Assembly: GCA_002633005.1 (NCBI GenBank)
Contig: NMRA01000284.1
Span: 454,978 to 518,977, forward strand
Direction of reading: 5' to 3'
From: Phoronis australis
Taxonomy: Eukaryota; Animalia; Phoronida
DNA: 64,000 nt
The notes under the pieces were generated by a model that did no database searches, was not told where the DNA came from, and saw only the letters and a program-made list of their open reading frames with translations. A program made the translations under genes and the position numbers. Each line of letters starts with the position of its first letter. The stretch's first letter is position 1. Of this stretch, positions 1 to 10,900 are shown in pieces.

Positions 1-332
1 CTGGTTCTCAAATTGGGAGAGTTTCTCCTGATCGGGAGAAAAATTTTTCTTTTGATCTGGAGATATTCTCCCAATTGGGGGAATGAATGTTACAAAGTGT
101 CTTGGAGGGAAAACGTTATCAATCGGGGAAATTCAAGTTTGATACCATTGAATAGAGTGTGAAAAATTACTGGGAATTAAAAATTGACCTGGTCTATTTT
201 GGTTTGTGAGACTGATCACCTCTTTTCAGTTTTTGCTATAACCCAACAGTACTGTTGATCATGTTGTTTGCGAAGAATTACCATAGTAAGCTATAACTGA
301 TCTTGGTAAGTTACTTTTTTATCCATTTACAG

Positions 333-402
333 GGTTTTGTCAAAGTTGTGAAGAACAAGCAGTACTTTAAGCGCTTCCAAGTGAAGTTCAAGCGTAGGAG
401 AG
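333..402 (+). CDS. RPL5: RPL5 coding exon (GFVKVVKNK...RRR)
   Basis: tttacag|GGTTTT...AGAG|gtaaat; 70 nt. Confidence 0.95.
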
Positions 403-3400
403 GTAAATTGATAGAACTACAACTTAAAACGGTGCTATTTTGTTGTAAATAGCTTTTAAGCTTCATGGTGACATATTTTTTGGAGACAATGCATCATCAC
501 CTTACTTATGCGATGATCTTCCTGTAGTTCTTGCTACGGGAAAAAACCTGTTGGTTTCTTAATATATCAGTTGGGAAGTTGGCAGCAATTAAAAAAGTAG
601 GAGACTGTTAGTATCCGCACAATGATCTTGCCTTGTTCCTTGCCACTTGTTCAAATATAATTGAGAAAATCACGTTCCTGAGGACTGGTTTATCAATGAA
701 AATAATAAAATGGTGTATTTGTGGTCATTGAAGACTCGTTGCCTTCCATTTGTTACTAATTTCAGTTCATTTCTTCCAAAATCCACCATTCCGTTACTAT
801 TTTAAGATTCCTGAACAAGCTTTACAAATCTCTTACAAAATGTGGCACGAACAGTGCTTGAAATTTTCCTATTTGTTTTTAATCGTAAACGTTTCATTGT
901 GAGCTGATCCTGGCCCAATTTTTGATACTTGGACGTATGACGTTTAAGTTCCATGACAATTGAAATAGTTGGAAAATAGCTTTATCAGACGTTACGATGG
1001 TCTTAATTAAGTTGAGCATTTCCAGTGGAATCTCATTGTGGTTGTTGCATTTTGACGTATTTTTGCAGCGATGAATAACCACCGGCAACCTCCATGGCTT
1101 TTTTGAGCCGCATAGTAGGAAGCTTGTCACTAGCAACAAGTTTCCTTGTTCAGAGGTCTTATGTTGTACCTTGTCTTTCAGATGGTAAGACCGACTACTA
1201 TGCCCGCAAGCGCCTGGTTGTACAAGTCAAGAACAAGTACAACACTCCAAAATACCGCATGATTGTTCGCTTCACCAATAAAGACATTGTTTGTCAGGTC
1301 AGTACTGGTTAGCCCGGTATACATATTTCAAAGCTCCGTGTGCTTGACGATAGTTGGTGTCGAGCAGTTGCTAGTGAGTTTCCGCCAAAATGTTTCTGAG
1401 CTCGAGTAGGATTGTGAAATTTGCTGCTAGGTGACCTAGCCTTGTTGGATGTGATGGAGGTGAGACTGATGTCTACAAGTCTCTTGAGATTCAGATCCCA
1501 CTCGTTGAATCAAAGCAATCCCAGTAATGAAAACTTTACTTCTTGTGTTCAATACTTGAGACTATTTATGGTCACTTTCCGGGGTTAATTTCTCATTAAG
1601 ACATAATCAGTCATTTATTGTTTGATGACTCGATCATGAAGGTATTATTAATTTGCGATTTAACCGATTGGTTCTCTTTTACCTGCAGATAGCGTACGCC
1701 AGAATCGAGGGAGACGTGATCATTTGCGCCGCTTATGCTCACGAGCTGCCTCGCTACGGTGTCAAGGTCGGGTTGACTAACTATTCAGCCGCTTACTGCA
1801 CTGGTCTCCTTCTGGCCAGGCGACTGCTGAAGAAGTTTAATTTACACGAAGTCTACGAGGGCCAGACAGAGGTGGACGGTGATGAGTTCTATGTTGAGGA
1901 CGCTGACGACGGCCCCGGCGCCTTCCGCTGTTACTTGGACGTGGGCCTGGCAAGGACCACCACTGGTGCCCGTGTGTTCGGTGCCTTGAAGGGCGCTGCT
2001 GATGGTGGACTGGATATCCCACACAGGTAGGCAGTGCGTGCAATGAAATCGGTTGTGTAAATCTTTCTTCAGATGTCACTGTAACTGCACTGTCTGCTAA
2101 AAAAAGTGTTCTGCAGGCCAAACGTAATTGGATCAAATGACTGGAAATTTTCTTGCGTGCTGATGCGCTGTCTGAATGCCATGTCATAATGGCTAACTGC
2201 AAGCGTTGCTTGTCATTGTGAGCAACTGGAATGGCAAGTATTGACAAGTCGTCTGTCGTGATGGCGAGTGGAATTGTGTGCAGTTGTGGTTGACATGTAT
2301 AGTGGAATGTCCATGAGTGGAGAACTGTCCTGAGAACCTAATCCAAATGTCAAGGTGTGAGGCACCATGGCGTAAACAGGGATTGGCCAACGATGGCCAC
2401 TGGTATTGCGGATTTGAATGAGTTTTATTCTAATTGCCATGACACCTAGAACATCAAGTCATCACAACAAATCCTTGAATGAGATTTATAAACCACGTCA
2501 TACACACGGATATCTAGTCATCTGCATGAATCACTTGTGTATGGTGTAACTCATAAACTTCATATTAAGTGTTTTGGTATGGTTCTTGTGATAACTGTGT
2601 GGGCAAGGGGTCCCGGGTTTTAATAACCAGTTTGTTGCTTGTTATTCAGTGGAGAACACTGGATTTCTAAATGCAGAACCTTATAAGTTGCTGCTATCCA
2701 TCTGTGGTTAGTGCGTTTGGTGAATCGTTGCCTATCTGTATGACACCTTTATATTTTCTGGACATAATTTGTTGAGCAAAAAGGTTTCAAATTTGTCCTG
2801 TATACCTATGCAGCACCAAGCGTTTCCCTGGCTACGACTCGGAGAGTGGTGAGTTCAGCGCCGAGGTGCACCGCAACCACATCTTTGGCCAGCACGTTGC
2901 AGAGTACATGAGGAACCTGCAGTCGGAGGACGAGGATGCCTTCAGAAAGCAGTTCTCAAAGTACATCAAGCTCGGCATTGAGCCCGACAGCGTATGTGCT
3001 TTTTTCTGTTCGTAACTTATTACATGGTTTCCACTCGTGAAAAAAGCTAGGAAAGCGGGAAAATGAAATAAAATGCTTTCTGTTCCATGAAATTTCACTG
3101 AAAGTTGAAAATTATACTGTCTAAGAACTGTTGGAAATTGAAAATACAACGTGATTGGGAACTATGATTTAGCAACTACTACTTTTGTATTTCTTTTATT
3201 TCAGTCCTGAGAAAGTGATAACGAAATGCGAGTGGGAGCCAAAGTTATTCTGAAAATTCTCTCTTCAGACCAAGCGTTTTAAATTTTACTGATGTTTGGA
3301 AAGGTTTAACCATCCAAGCTGCTCTCAGCTTGCTTTTGTTTTAGTTCACTTAGAAGAAATTCGTTCTTTGAGCTTAATGTTGGAAAAGTCAAGGTTTTTG

Positions 3401-4640
3401 GTTTTTCATTAATGATTCTATGTTTTTATTATTGCAGATAGAGGATATGTATAAAAAGTGTCACGCTGCAATTCGTGAAAATCCCGAACATAGTGCCGCT
3501 CCCAAGAAAGAAGTCAAAACTAAGAGGTATGAAATGAAAGACATTTCAATCTTATCGCATGGTTAAAAGAAATTTAGATTTTGTAGTTGTGAGTTGTCAC
3601 GTATTCGGTGAGTGTTGTAGCCTACTTCAGCCAGAAACGGGTCATTTTGTAATGACATTAGAATCTCGCCAACAGACTCGTTCCAAAGTACCTCTGTGCT
3701 CTCTGGTTCTCCTGTGTTTACCCATAGTACAATGTTTTATTGTTGCGCTGATGGTTTACGTATATTCGTTTTACGACCTGAATGGGTTTAAAATGGATTT
3801 AATAGCCGATTGGCGGTAAAAGTGTTAAGCTTCACCATGGTGCTCACTATATGTTGGACTATTCTTCTTTCTCAGTCAGGTATCATGGGTTCTCACGATA
3901 TAGTTTGATGAATTTATCCAAAATGTATTAATTGTTTAAAAGTAACTGTGTGTTGAGGGCATTCAGTGTTATGTTTGAGACCAACAAAAAGTAAAAGTAC
4001 GCTTATTTTGGCAACATGAAGTGGGTGTGATTATACTGCAGTTTTCTATAGCATTTGGACCACATGGCTTGGGAGTTAAAGAGTTGTAGGAACTTGTCTG
4101 CTCTGACCAGTGCTTATAGTCATGGCCCTCGCACACTCGCCCCCTTTCACATACTTTGTGTATTATCGTGTTTCGTCCGAGCTCAAGGAGGCATGGAGTA
4201 ATTAATGAAGTTGGTCTTTTACTATTAAGATATTTGTGGGATGTCTGCAGTAGGTTAACACTTGTGATTCTGGCTTGATATAACCAACCAATGAAACCAT
4301 AGAACATACAACTACATTTCCTGTCAACAGGTGGAGAGGAAAATGTATTTCACACAATTTTTAAACTGTAAAAAGATCAATACCCAAGGGTGAGCACAGA
4401 ATGCGAGCTAGGGCGCTTCGAATGAGTACACAGTCCAAACCTTAGTGGTTGTCGTTGACTTAGGTTTTTCACTCTAGTTTTGAGAGTAACTACTATCATC
4501 TTGGTAACTGGTATCTATAGTAATTTCTTGTTGTTTTATACAGGTGGAATCGCAAGAAGTTGTCACTTGCTCAACGCAAGGACCGTGTGAAACAGAAAAA
4601 GGAAACTTTCTTGAAGAAATTAAAGGAAGAAGGGGAATAG
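333..4640 (+). CDS. RPL5: 60S ribosomal protein L5 (uL18), spliced; ATG exon not found in window
   Basis: GT-AG exons 333-402, 1182-1297, 1689-2026, 2814-2991, 3438-3526 and 4544-4640 join in frame: [35 protein letters not shown]...[24 protein letters not shown]...STKRFPGYD...[19 protein letters not shown]...EEGE*. Unambiguous RPL5. Confidence 0.98.
1182..1297 (+). CDS. RPL5: RPL5 coding exon ([12 protein letters not shown]...IVCQ)
   Basis: ctttcag|ATGGT...TGTCAG|gtcagt; 116 nt. Confidence 0.95.
1689..2026 (+). CDS. RPL5: RPL5 coding exon (IAYARIEG...LDIPH)
   Basis: ctgcag|ATAGCG...CACAG|gtaggc; lies within ORF 1653..2030. Confidence 0.97.
2814..2991 (+). CDS. RPL5: RPL5 coding exon (STKRFPGYD...IEPDS)
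   Basis: tatgcag|CACCAAG...GACAGC|gtatgt; 178 nt. Confidence 0.95.
3438..3526 (+). CDS. RPL5: RPL5 coding exon ([16 protein letters not shown]...)
   Basis: attgcag|ATAGAG...AAGAG|gtatga; 89 nt. Confidence 0.95.
4544..4640 (+). CDS. RPL5: RPL5 last coding exon
   Basis: tatacag|GTGGAATCGC...GAATAG. Confidence 0.95.
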
Positions 4641-4683
4641 ATGAATGTGTCATTGTCAAAATGACTTGTATAAATACAAAAAT

Positions 4684-4689
4684 AATAAA
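4684..4689 (+). promoter_or_regulatory. RPL5 polyadenylation signal AATAAA
   Basis: AATAAA about 45 nt after the stop codon. Confidence 0.75.
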
Positions 4690-4949
4690 AACGTCTTTAT
4701 GATGTCGCCTAGATAGTCTCCATTTTATGTCTGACCCAGTGGCTCAGAAGGCAAATTTGAAAGGGAACGTAATAATGTGAATCGTATTTGTTACTCGGGG
4801 AAATCCTTGTATTGGGAGCATGTGTGGTGGCTGGCCAAGAGAGTAATGTCTCCCAGATTTGAGCAAAAATTGAAGTTTTGGGCAATATGAGAAAAACTTG
4901 GTGCTGTTATGGGACTCCTCATTTCCATTATCAGTTGTACTGATCAGAA

Positions 4950-5346
4950 GTCCCATTTAGACATCAACTTTTGGCCCGGCGCAACTGACACGGAGCAAAT
5001 CGACCTGTGTCAAGCGGCGTTTACACACAGAACTCTAACTGGCAAGACGGAAATTGCAGGCTGAAAATGCTGGATTGCACATGTGCAGGTTTACAAATGA
5101 CCCAGAGTTGCCGAGACAAAGAACCCGTACGTAGGTTGTTAAGCAAACGCAGTAGAGATGATCCTTTCTGCCTTGCCCCAATTTCGGGTTTAGACTTGTA
5201 ATTGACGCAGAGCAAGATGTTCCGGCACAAATTGCCCTACCTCACAAATGGGTGGCAAAATTTGCTCCGTATCGTCGCGTTTACACACTGGAACAAATCG
5301 TTCCGCGTCTGCTGAGCCGTGTCAACTTTTGAAGTGTAAAGGGCAC
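4950..5346. mobile_element. Degenerate MITE (PIF/Harbinger-like)
   Basis: Imperfect terminal inverted repeats gtcccatttagacatcaa / ttgaagtgtaaagggcac; internal inverted acggagcaaat / atttgctccgt; repeated gtttacacac. Confidence 0.55.
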
Positions 5347-6207
5347 TAAACATCTATTTGCTACAGAACTTTTATTCCATCATAACAAACTGCACTGTCT
5401 AGTGGCAGTTGTGTTGCCCTTAGACTGCTTGTTACAGTAAAACTGGTCCCAGTTCTCTCAGGCCTTGGAATTTTCCTCTTCTAACATTTCCCCATTTGGT
5501 TTTGATTGCCTTTCAGTTGATATTCATTTCCCCTTTTTTTCTTCTGTTTTTATCATTATTTCGACTTGTGCAAAAACTTTTGTGTCAGTTAAATTTTACA
5601 ACAAAAATACTTTTCATCACACAAGCCTATTTTGTGTGGAAGATACATCACCTGGAAATTTTTGCCTTGTTTTGTCATTGGTCATTTAAGCTCTCGTTTG
5701 TGGGCTTGGACAGAGATTAATGCTTTGTTATTGCTGGGTCACAGTGTTCTGCTGTCGTAAGCCAACTTGTTGAGTATGATAATAGCGCAATGACTAGCTG
5801 TCCGTTCTTTCTAAATCCATAAGTCACCTCTATTGAATGAATTGATGAACCGGGAATTCGGGCACCATCGTGGCAATGCTATGTAATTGACACAAGGAAA
5901 CATTTGCTGCATGGATACATCAAAAACCTACAAAGGCAGTAGATATTACAGCAAAATTCGCATTCGGTCTAATAAGTGAACTGATTAAGACCACTTACCT
6001 GTATTGTAAGGCTGTTACCATCTTGTTCCCAACTGAATGAAAAGTGATTTACTGATTGCAAATGATTGACAGTTTATCATTACATGAATCCGTGCTCAGT
6101 GCATAAAATGGCACTGACAAGCATACTTGATCAATCTAGCCATAACTTATTGTCAGTTCATTCGATCCAAGTTCCAACAATTGAACTAACGAGCAATTAG
6201 AGGCCAG

Positions 6208-6446
6208 GGGTCTGTTACAAGAAACTGACTTAGGTTCATTTTTGACTTAAGTCTAAGGTTTGTCTCAAATTTAGAACTTTGAAACTTCTACATCTGATAA
6301 GATAGTCAAAATTTGAGTCAAAAACTTAAGTCGAACATAAGACCTCTTTTTGAAATGATCTTGAGACAGATATCAGTATTAATCTTAAAATGAGTGAAAG
6401 TTAAGATCTGCCTTTATAGCTAAGTCAGTTTTCTTGGAACGGGACC
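6208..6446. mobile_element. MITE, Harbinger-like, 3-bp CAG target-site duplication
   Basis: TIRs gggtctgttacaagaaactgacttag / ctaagtcagttttcttggaacgggacc; CAG on both flanks (6205-6207, 6447-6449). Confidence 0.7.
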
Positions 6447-7050
6447 CAGATTCACAATGGCAAGTGGTCTGAATCAAAGTTGTATGATATGGAAGGAGAC
6501 GGGGTTCATTGCCCCTGAAAGTATGGATGGAGAAAAAGTTCATTTTTCGGAGAAAAACTGGATCGAAAAAAAATGGTTTTGCCTATTTTGGGAACTAGTG
6601 CTCCCAAGGTGCCCAAGAGCATCTTGCAGAGTACACAGGACAGGTGTGGATTTTGTTACTGTCAGTTATAGTAACACATATGCCTACCTAAAAAACATGT
6701 ATGAAGAAATAAGGAGATTAGCATATTGACCATGGTTTTAGTGATCTCTGAAGAAAAGTTTTAAATTAAAGCGTACAAATACGAATTTCCGTACATGACA
6801 TCAAGACTAAAGCCAAGGGACGAGTACTGAAGCCATATTGTCCGACTACTAGTACCCGAAATCAACCATTTGTAAGAATTTAAGAGTAGGCCTAACATCT
6901 TCCACAACAGTTAACTCGAGTGACGTAATAACATTTCTTTGTCCGGTTAGGTCGCTAACAAATTAAAGTATGCCTAGTTCCGAGACATGTAACTTATCAA
7001 AGGAAATGTCTCTTGACGGAAAATGGCAAAAAACTAGTGACATTTTGATT

Positions 7051-7252
7051 GCGACAGGCGATCGGCTCAGGCCCGGTCGCGCAGGCGGTCGGCTCGCGTC
7101 TGGAAAGCGCCCGCTCGCATCGGCCGGGGTAGGCAACAATGACGTAGCCCCTCGGTTGGCCGCCTTAGGGGCCCCCGGCTGTATGCCTGAGGCTTCCTGC
7201 CAGGCCAGGGCGATGTAATTGCCTGCGGCCGGGGCGCTGCAGGCGTCGTTGC
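7051..7252 (+). ncRNA. Candidate GC-rich structured RNA of unknown family
   Basis: Long closing stem plus two branch hairpins, with G-U wobbles on the + strand (see findings); no family recognised. Confidence 0.35.
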
Positions 7253-7590
7253 TTGCTTTCTGTAAATTACATTACGTTAAAAGGTTGATCCACAGTAACA
7301 AAATTGCATTTTTCTTGGTTATTGAACAGTAAGTCTCACGTCACATGTTGGTCACATCTCGTGACCTTATACTGAAGAATGCCAAACAGATCTGTCCCGA
7401 AAGTCTTGGGCGCCACTTTCCTTCATATAGAGTTCAGTCGATGACATAATGAAAAAAGCAAAGAAAAGTTTGAGTACACACGCTCTTTATTAGAAAATCG
7501 TTTTTATGGTTACATCTCTTCAGTGTGTTTAATTTCCTTGCTTTACACGTACTCTCGTCAAACATACACTGTAGCAGAGTGTCCCCAGGT

Positions 7591-7723
7591 GGCTCGCTGG
7601 TTCCCTGCGTGCCGCTAGGTGGGGCGGTAGCCGCGCTAGCACGCATGCTGACTGGGCTAAGCCAATGAGATAAATACGTTATATTTATCTCATTGGGATA
7701 AGCACGCAGGGAACCAGCGAGCC
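7591..7723. mobile_element. Young 133-bp MITE with perfect 22-bp TIRs and 6-bp TSD
   Basis: ggctcgctggttccctgcgtgc / gcacgcagggaaccagcgagcc; flanked by ccaggt (7585-7590, 7724-7729); internal palindrome with 15-bp arms at 7662-7696. Confidence 0.8.
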
Positions 7724-7740
7724 CCAGGTGGAGGCGTTGG

Positions 7741-7758
7741 CACTGCCATCTGGTGACA
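7741..7758 (-). promoter_or_regulatory. CTCF-like motif in DENND1 upstream region
   Basis: Reverse strand reads tgtcaccagatggcagtg, close to CTCF consensus CCASYAGRKGGCRS. Confidence 0.45.
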
Positions 7759-7937
7759 GACTGTGTGTACTCCAAAGTCTCGCGTAGTTTCTCACAATGC
7801 GAGATTCTTAATGGAGACCTTTGATTTTCACGTCGCCCAGCCCCTTCTCATTCATGTTCTTTCCGGGTAGTGGTGGGATCTTCTAGACCCGGAGCTGTGT
7901 TAGTCGCATTCTGTGGTGCAATAACTAGCTTCTAAGC

Positions 7938-7954
7938 ATGGGCTCAAGGTTACG
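7938..7954 (+). CDS. DENND1: DENND1 start exon (MGSRLR)
   Basis: ATGGGCTCAAGGTTACG|gtgagt; resembles the DENND1A start MGSRIK. Confidence 0.85.
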
Positions 7955-10900
7955 GTGAGTGACTGTCATGACAATTTCTGAGTTCCTCTTGTTGTGTTCG
8001 CAGTCTTTTGATTCGGCACTTGTCGGCCAAGTAACCTTCTGTTCTAGTTCTGGTTGTAGGCCCTTGTTGTTCATTTGCGTTGTCTTGGATTTTGAGTCAT
8101 CTGATCTATCTATTATCATTCATTGACTTTCAAATGGATTCATAGATGTTCTCCAAGTTCATTTGACTTGCCTAGTGTTACTACGAACCCAATGTTTTTT
8201 GTGTACTGACTTCCCGTTCGACTCGAAAGTGTTGATTCGAATTGGCAGGTGGCTTCAGTTCACTCAGCTGTTCAGTGGTGAATGATCGACGGACAAATAA
8301 TAACACACATGATATGATTAAACAACATTCAGGCCTGTTATCTCCAACATGATTTTTGTGTAAAGTGTTTAATGGGTTGTAATGATGCTGTGCGTGAATG
8401 TTTTGGAAAATTCTGCTTAATCTCAATATCCTGTAAATATTTATTAAAGCTGTGAGGTGAAATTCTTGGTTTTGTAATTATTGGCTCCACGATCACCCAT
8501 TATCTCTTTTACTGGAACATATCTCACAGAATCGGAGGAATGTGTGAATGGTTACTAGTAGTCAATTATTGTTTGAACTTTGATGACTAAGACCAACTAT
8601 GGAAAAAAGCAAATTGTTACAAGTTGTTTAAAATTTGTATTGTTTTATTAATGTGCGATTTGCTTTAGTGCAGTGCACAGTTTTATCAGCATGAATGTGA
8701 TTATTTGAGTTTTCTTGATATTCCAAGTTTGAGTAATTTACGCAATCTTGAGATGAAGTAGAATTCCAAGTTTTTAAGCACAACAATGAGAGGTACTTAG
8801 TACGGTATCACCTACTAGTACCAAGGAACAGTTGAAAAAGTCAGGGTTTTAACACTGACAATTAAACCCCAGGGGTTCTCCCATTGAAAGAGTGAGTTGG
8901 GATGTTCCCGGCACCAACTGAGGTGGGTATTTTGACCCTGTCAGGTATTGCCTCAGGTGGGTAACATAAGTGAAATCGTTGGGTCAATATCTTTGACCAA
9001 GAATTTGTCATCATGAAAATAAATGTTTCAGAAATCTATTATGAACCTAACCGCAATCGGCAAGAATGACACCAGACACTTTTACATCTGAAAAGTAACT
9101 CCTTCGTTAAAAAGCACCCAGTGTTACATCATAGTATCGGTTCAAGAATTTTGTCATAGTATTGTCTTGGGTGGGTATTTTGTTGTCTGCCAAGGTGTAG
9201 CGTTCGTCTGGATTTTGATATCTCAGCAGCATACCCCTACCCGTTTTCAACCCCCCCCCCGGGCTAGAGTCAATTATTTGTCCCTGTAGTTTTATGACAA
9301 CAAACTAGTGTCACTTAACAAAAAGAAAATTTTAAAACAACTTAGGTCTTGTTCATCTCAAAATCACTTCTAATCAACATCATCTCATATGGAGCTCTAC
9401 ATCATGGAGAGTCCGCACTGGCCGAGTTGGCAATGGGCCAACCATAAGGCCTGAGCAGGTCTGATGCACCGCAAATGACATCAGGCCTCCTGCACTGTTT
9501 TTTTTCTTTAGTTGGCACAGACCTAGTTTTCAACCAGTCATACAGTAACATCATCTCGTACAGACCTGGACTAGGTGTGTTAGTCATGTATAATTGTTCC
9601 CCCTGCCCCCCACCCCCCGTGGCAAACCTCAGGAGCTTATTGGATCAGTTGGACCATACCTTTAGTATTTACTGCATGAAGTAAAGAAGGAAGTTGTGTT
9701 TACGCCATTATTACATTGTAACATAAATGCTCCGAAAGTCTGGCGAGGTTGTCAATCTCGCCACTGTTTTTTTTTTGATATGAATGCACCTTTCCTGTTT
9801 GCTAAATTGTATTAAACAGGCTTGGTTACGCAACCAATTAATGGGAGGATGTTTGGCAAAATACACAAGCATGTCGATAAGTTCCTACATCACCTTAAAA
9901 GTATTGGCTGTTTTGCGTTTACAGGCATAACCCGAAGAAGATATTTGAGTTCTTTGCTGAGGTAGCCAGGCCGGATGACATCGATTCTCAAGGTTTGTCT
10001 TGACCTCTGCTTGACCTCTGACTGTCACAGTTTCACTTTGCTATGTCGGTTTGCTGGACACTTGCTCAATGGTTTCTTATTGTGTTTCGTAGCTCATAAA
10101 TTTATCCTTGGTTATGGTTGATGAGGGAATTTGTTTGTGCTATGATTTTAATTATAGTTTGTGGACTGGCAAATTTGTTTTGTATACTGATTTTACCAAA
10201 GTGAGATTACTTATTCATCTTCTTAATAATCCATATTTTTCTGTTCTCAGTATTGAATCATGGTGAAATTATTAAACGAGCAATTTCGGTGCTGTTTAGC
10301 TGTCAATGTTGAATTTTTAACCGAACTGCTTTGGAGTTTAAAAAATTATTGCCCTCACCTGATCTTGAATTGTTACCAAATGAGCCAGCGACTCAAGTCA
10401 CAGTCAAGACGCACATGTGCCAGTTTCGTAGTTGCAGCTTTAGGGTTGGCCTATGAAGTGTTTTCTTAAGTCGCTGATGAAGTCTATGTTTTTGTTGGTA
10501 TCAAAAATAAAATCTTATCATTGTTGGGATTAGTAAGAATGTAAAAGGCCTATTTCAATTTTCGTTTTTAGCCAGCTAGAGATCGTGAATTTATGTAGCT
10601 TGAATCGCAAAGCTTTTGGAAGCATGTGCATAATTCTTTGACGTCTGGCTCCTCCTAGTGGAGGTTGGTGACTGGCTGTTGCCCTGTGCAGTTAGTTTTT
10701 ATTTCATTTGTACAGAAATCGAGTAAAAGGGATCAAAATACCTATTCTAGGATGTGAAATCTGCTAAATTGACCGAAAATGTCTTCAAAAAGGCAACATT
10801 GTCCTAAATTATTAATAGCTGACATTCTTTCCCTTCTAGAGCCGTTTATTCTGCAGACCTATCCGGTCGAAGTCGACGAGGAACTCAAGAAGTCTGTTCC

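Noticed and set aside
403-4543. Intronic snoRNAs in RPL5 (vertebrate RPL5 hosts U21 and SNORA66)
   Set aside because: Several hairpins are present (e.g. 1331-1382, 2495-2551, 4313-4348), but I found no convincing C/D pair or H/ACA arrangement with correct spacing. Needs snoReport or Infernal.
7051-7075. Resemblance of GGCGATCGGCT to the 7SK 5' stem
   Set aside because: No partner GATC stem, no GGA start and no matching 3' hairpin with oligo-U.
6970-7218. 82-aa ORF across the GC island
   Set aside because: No recognisable homology; an open frame is expected in GC-rich DNA.
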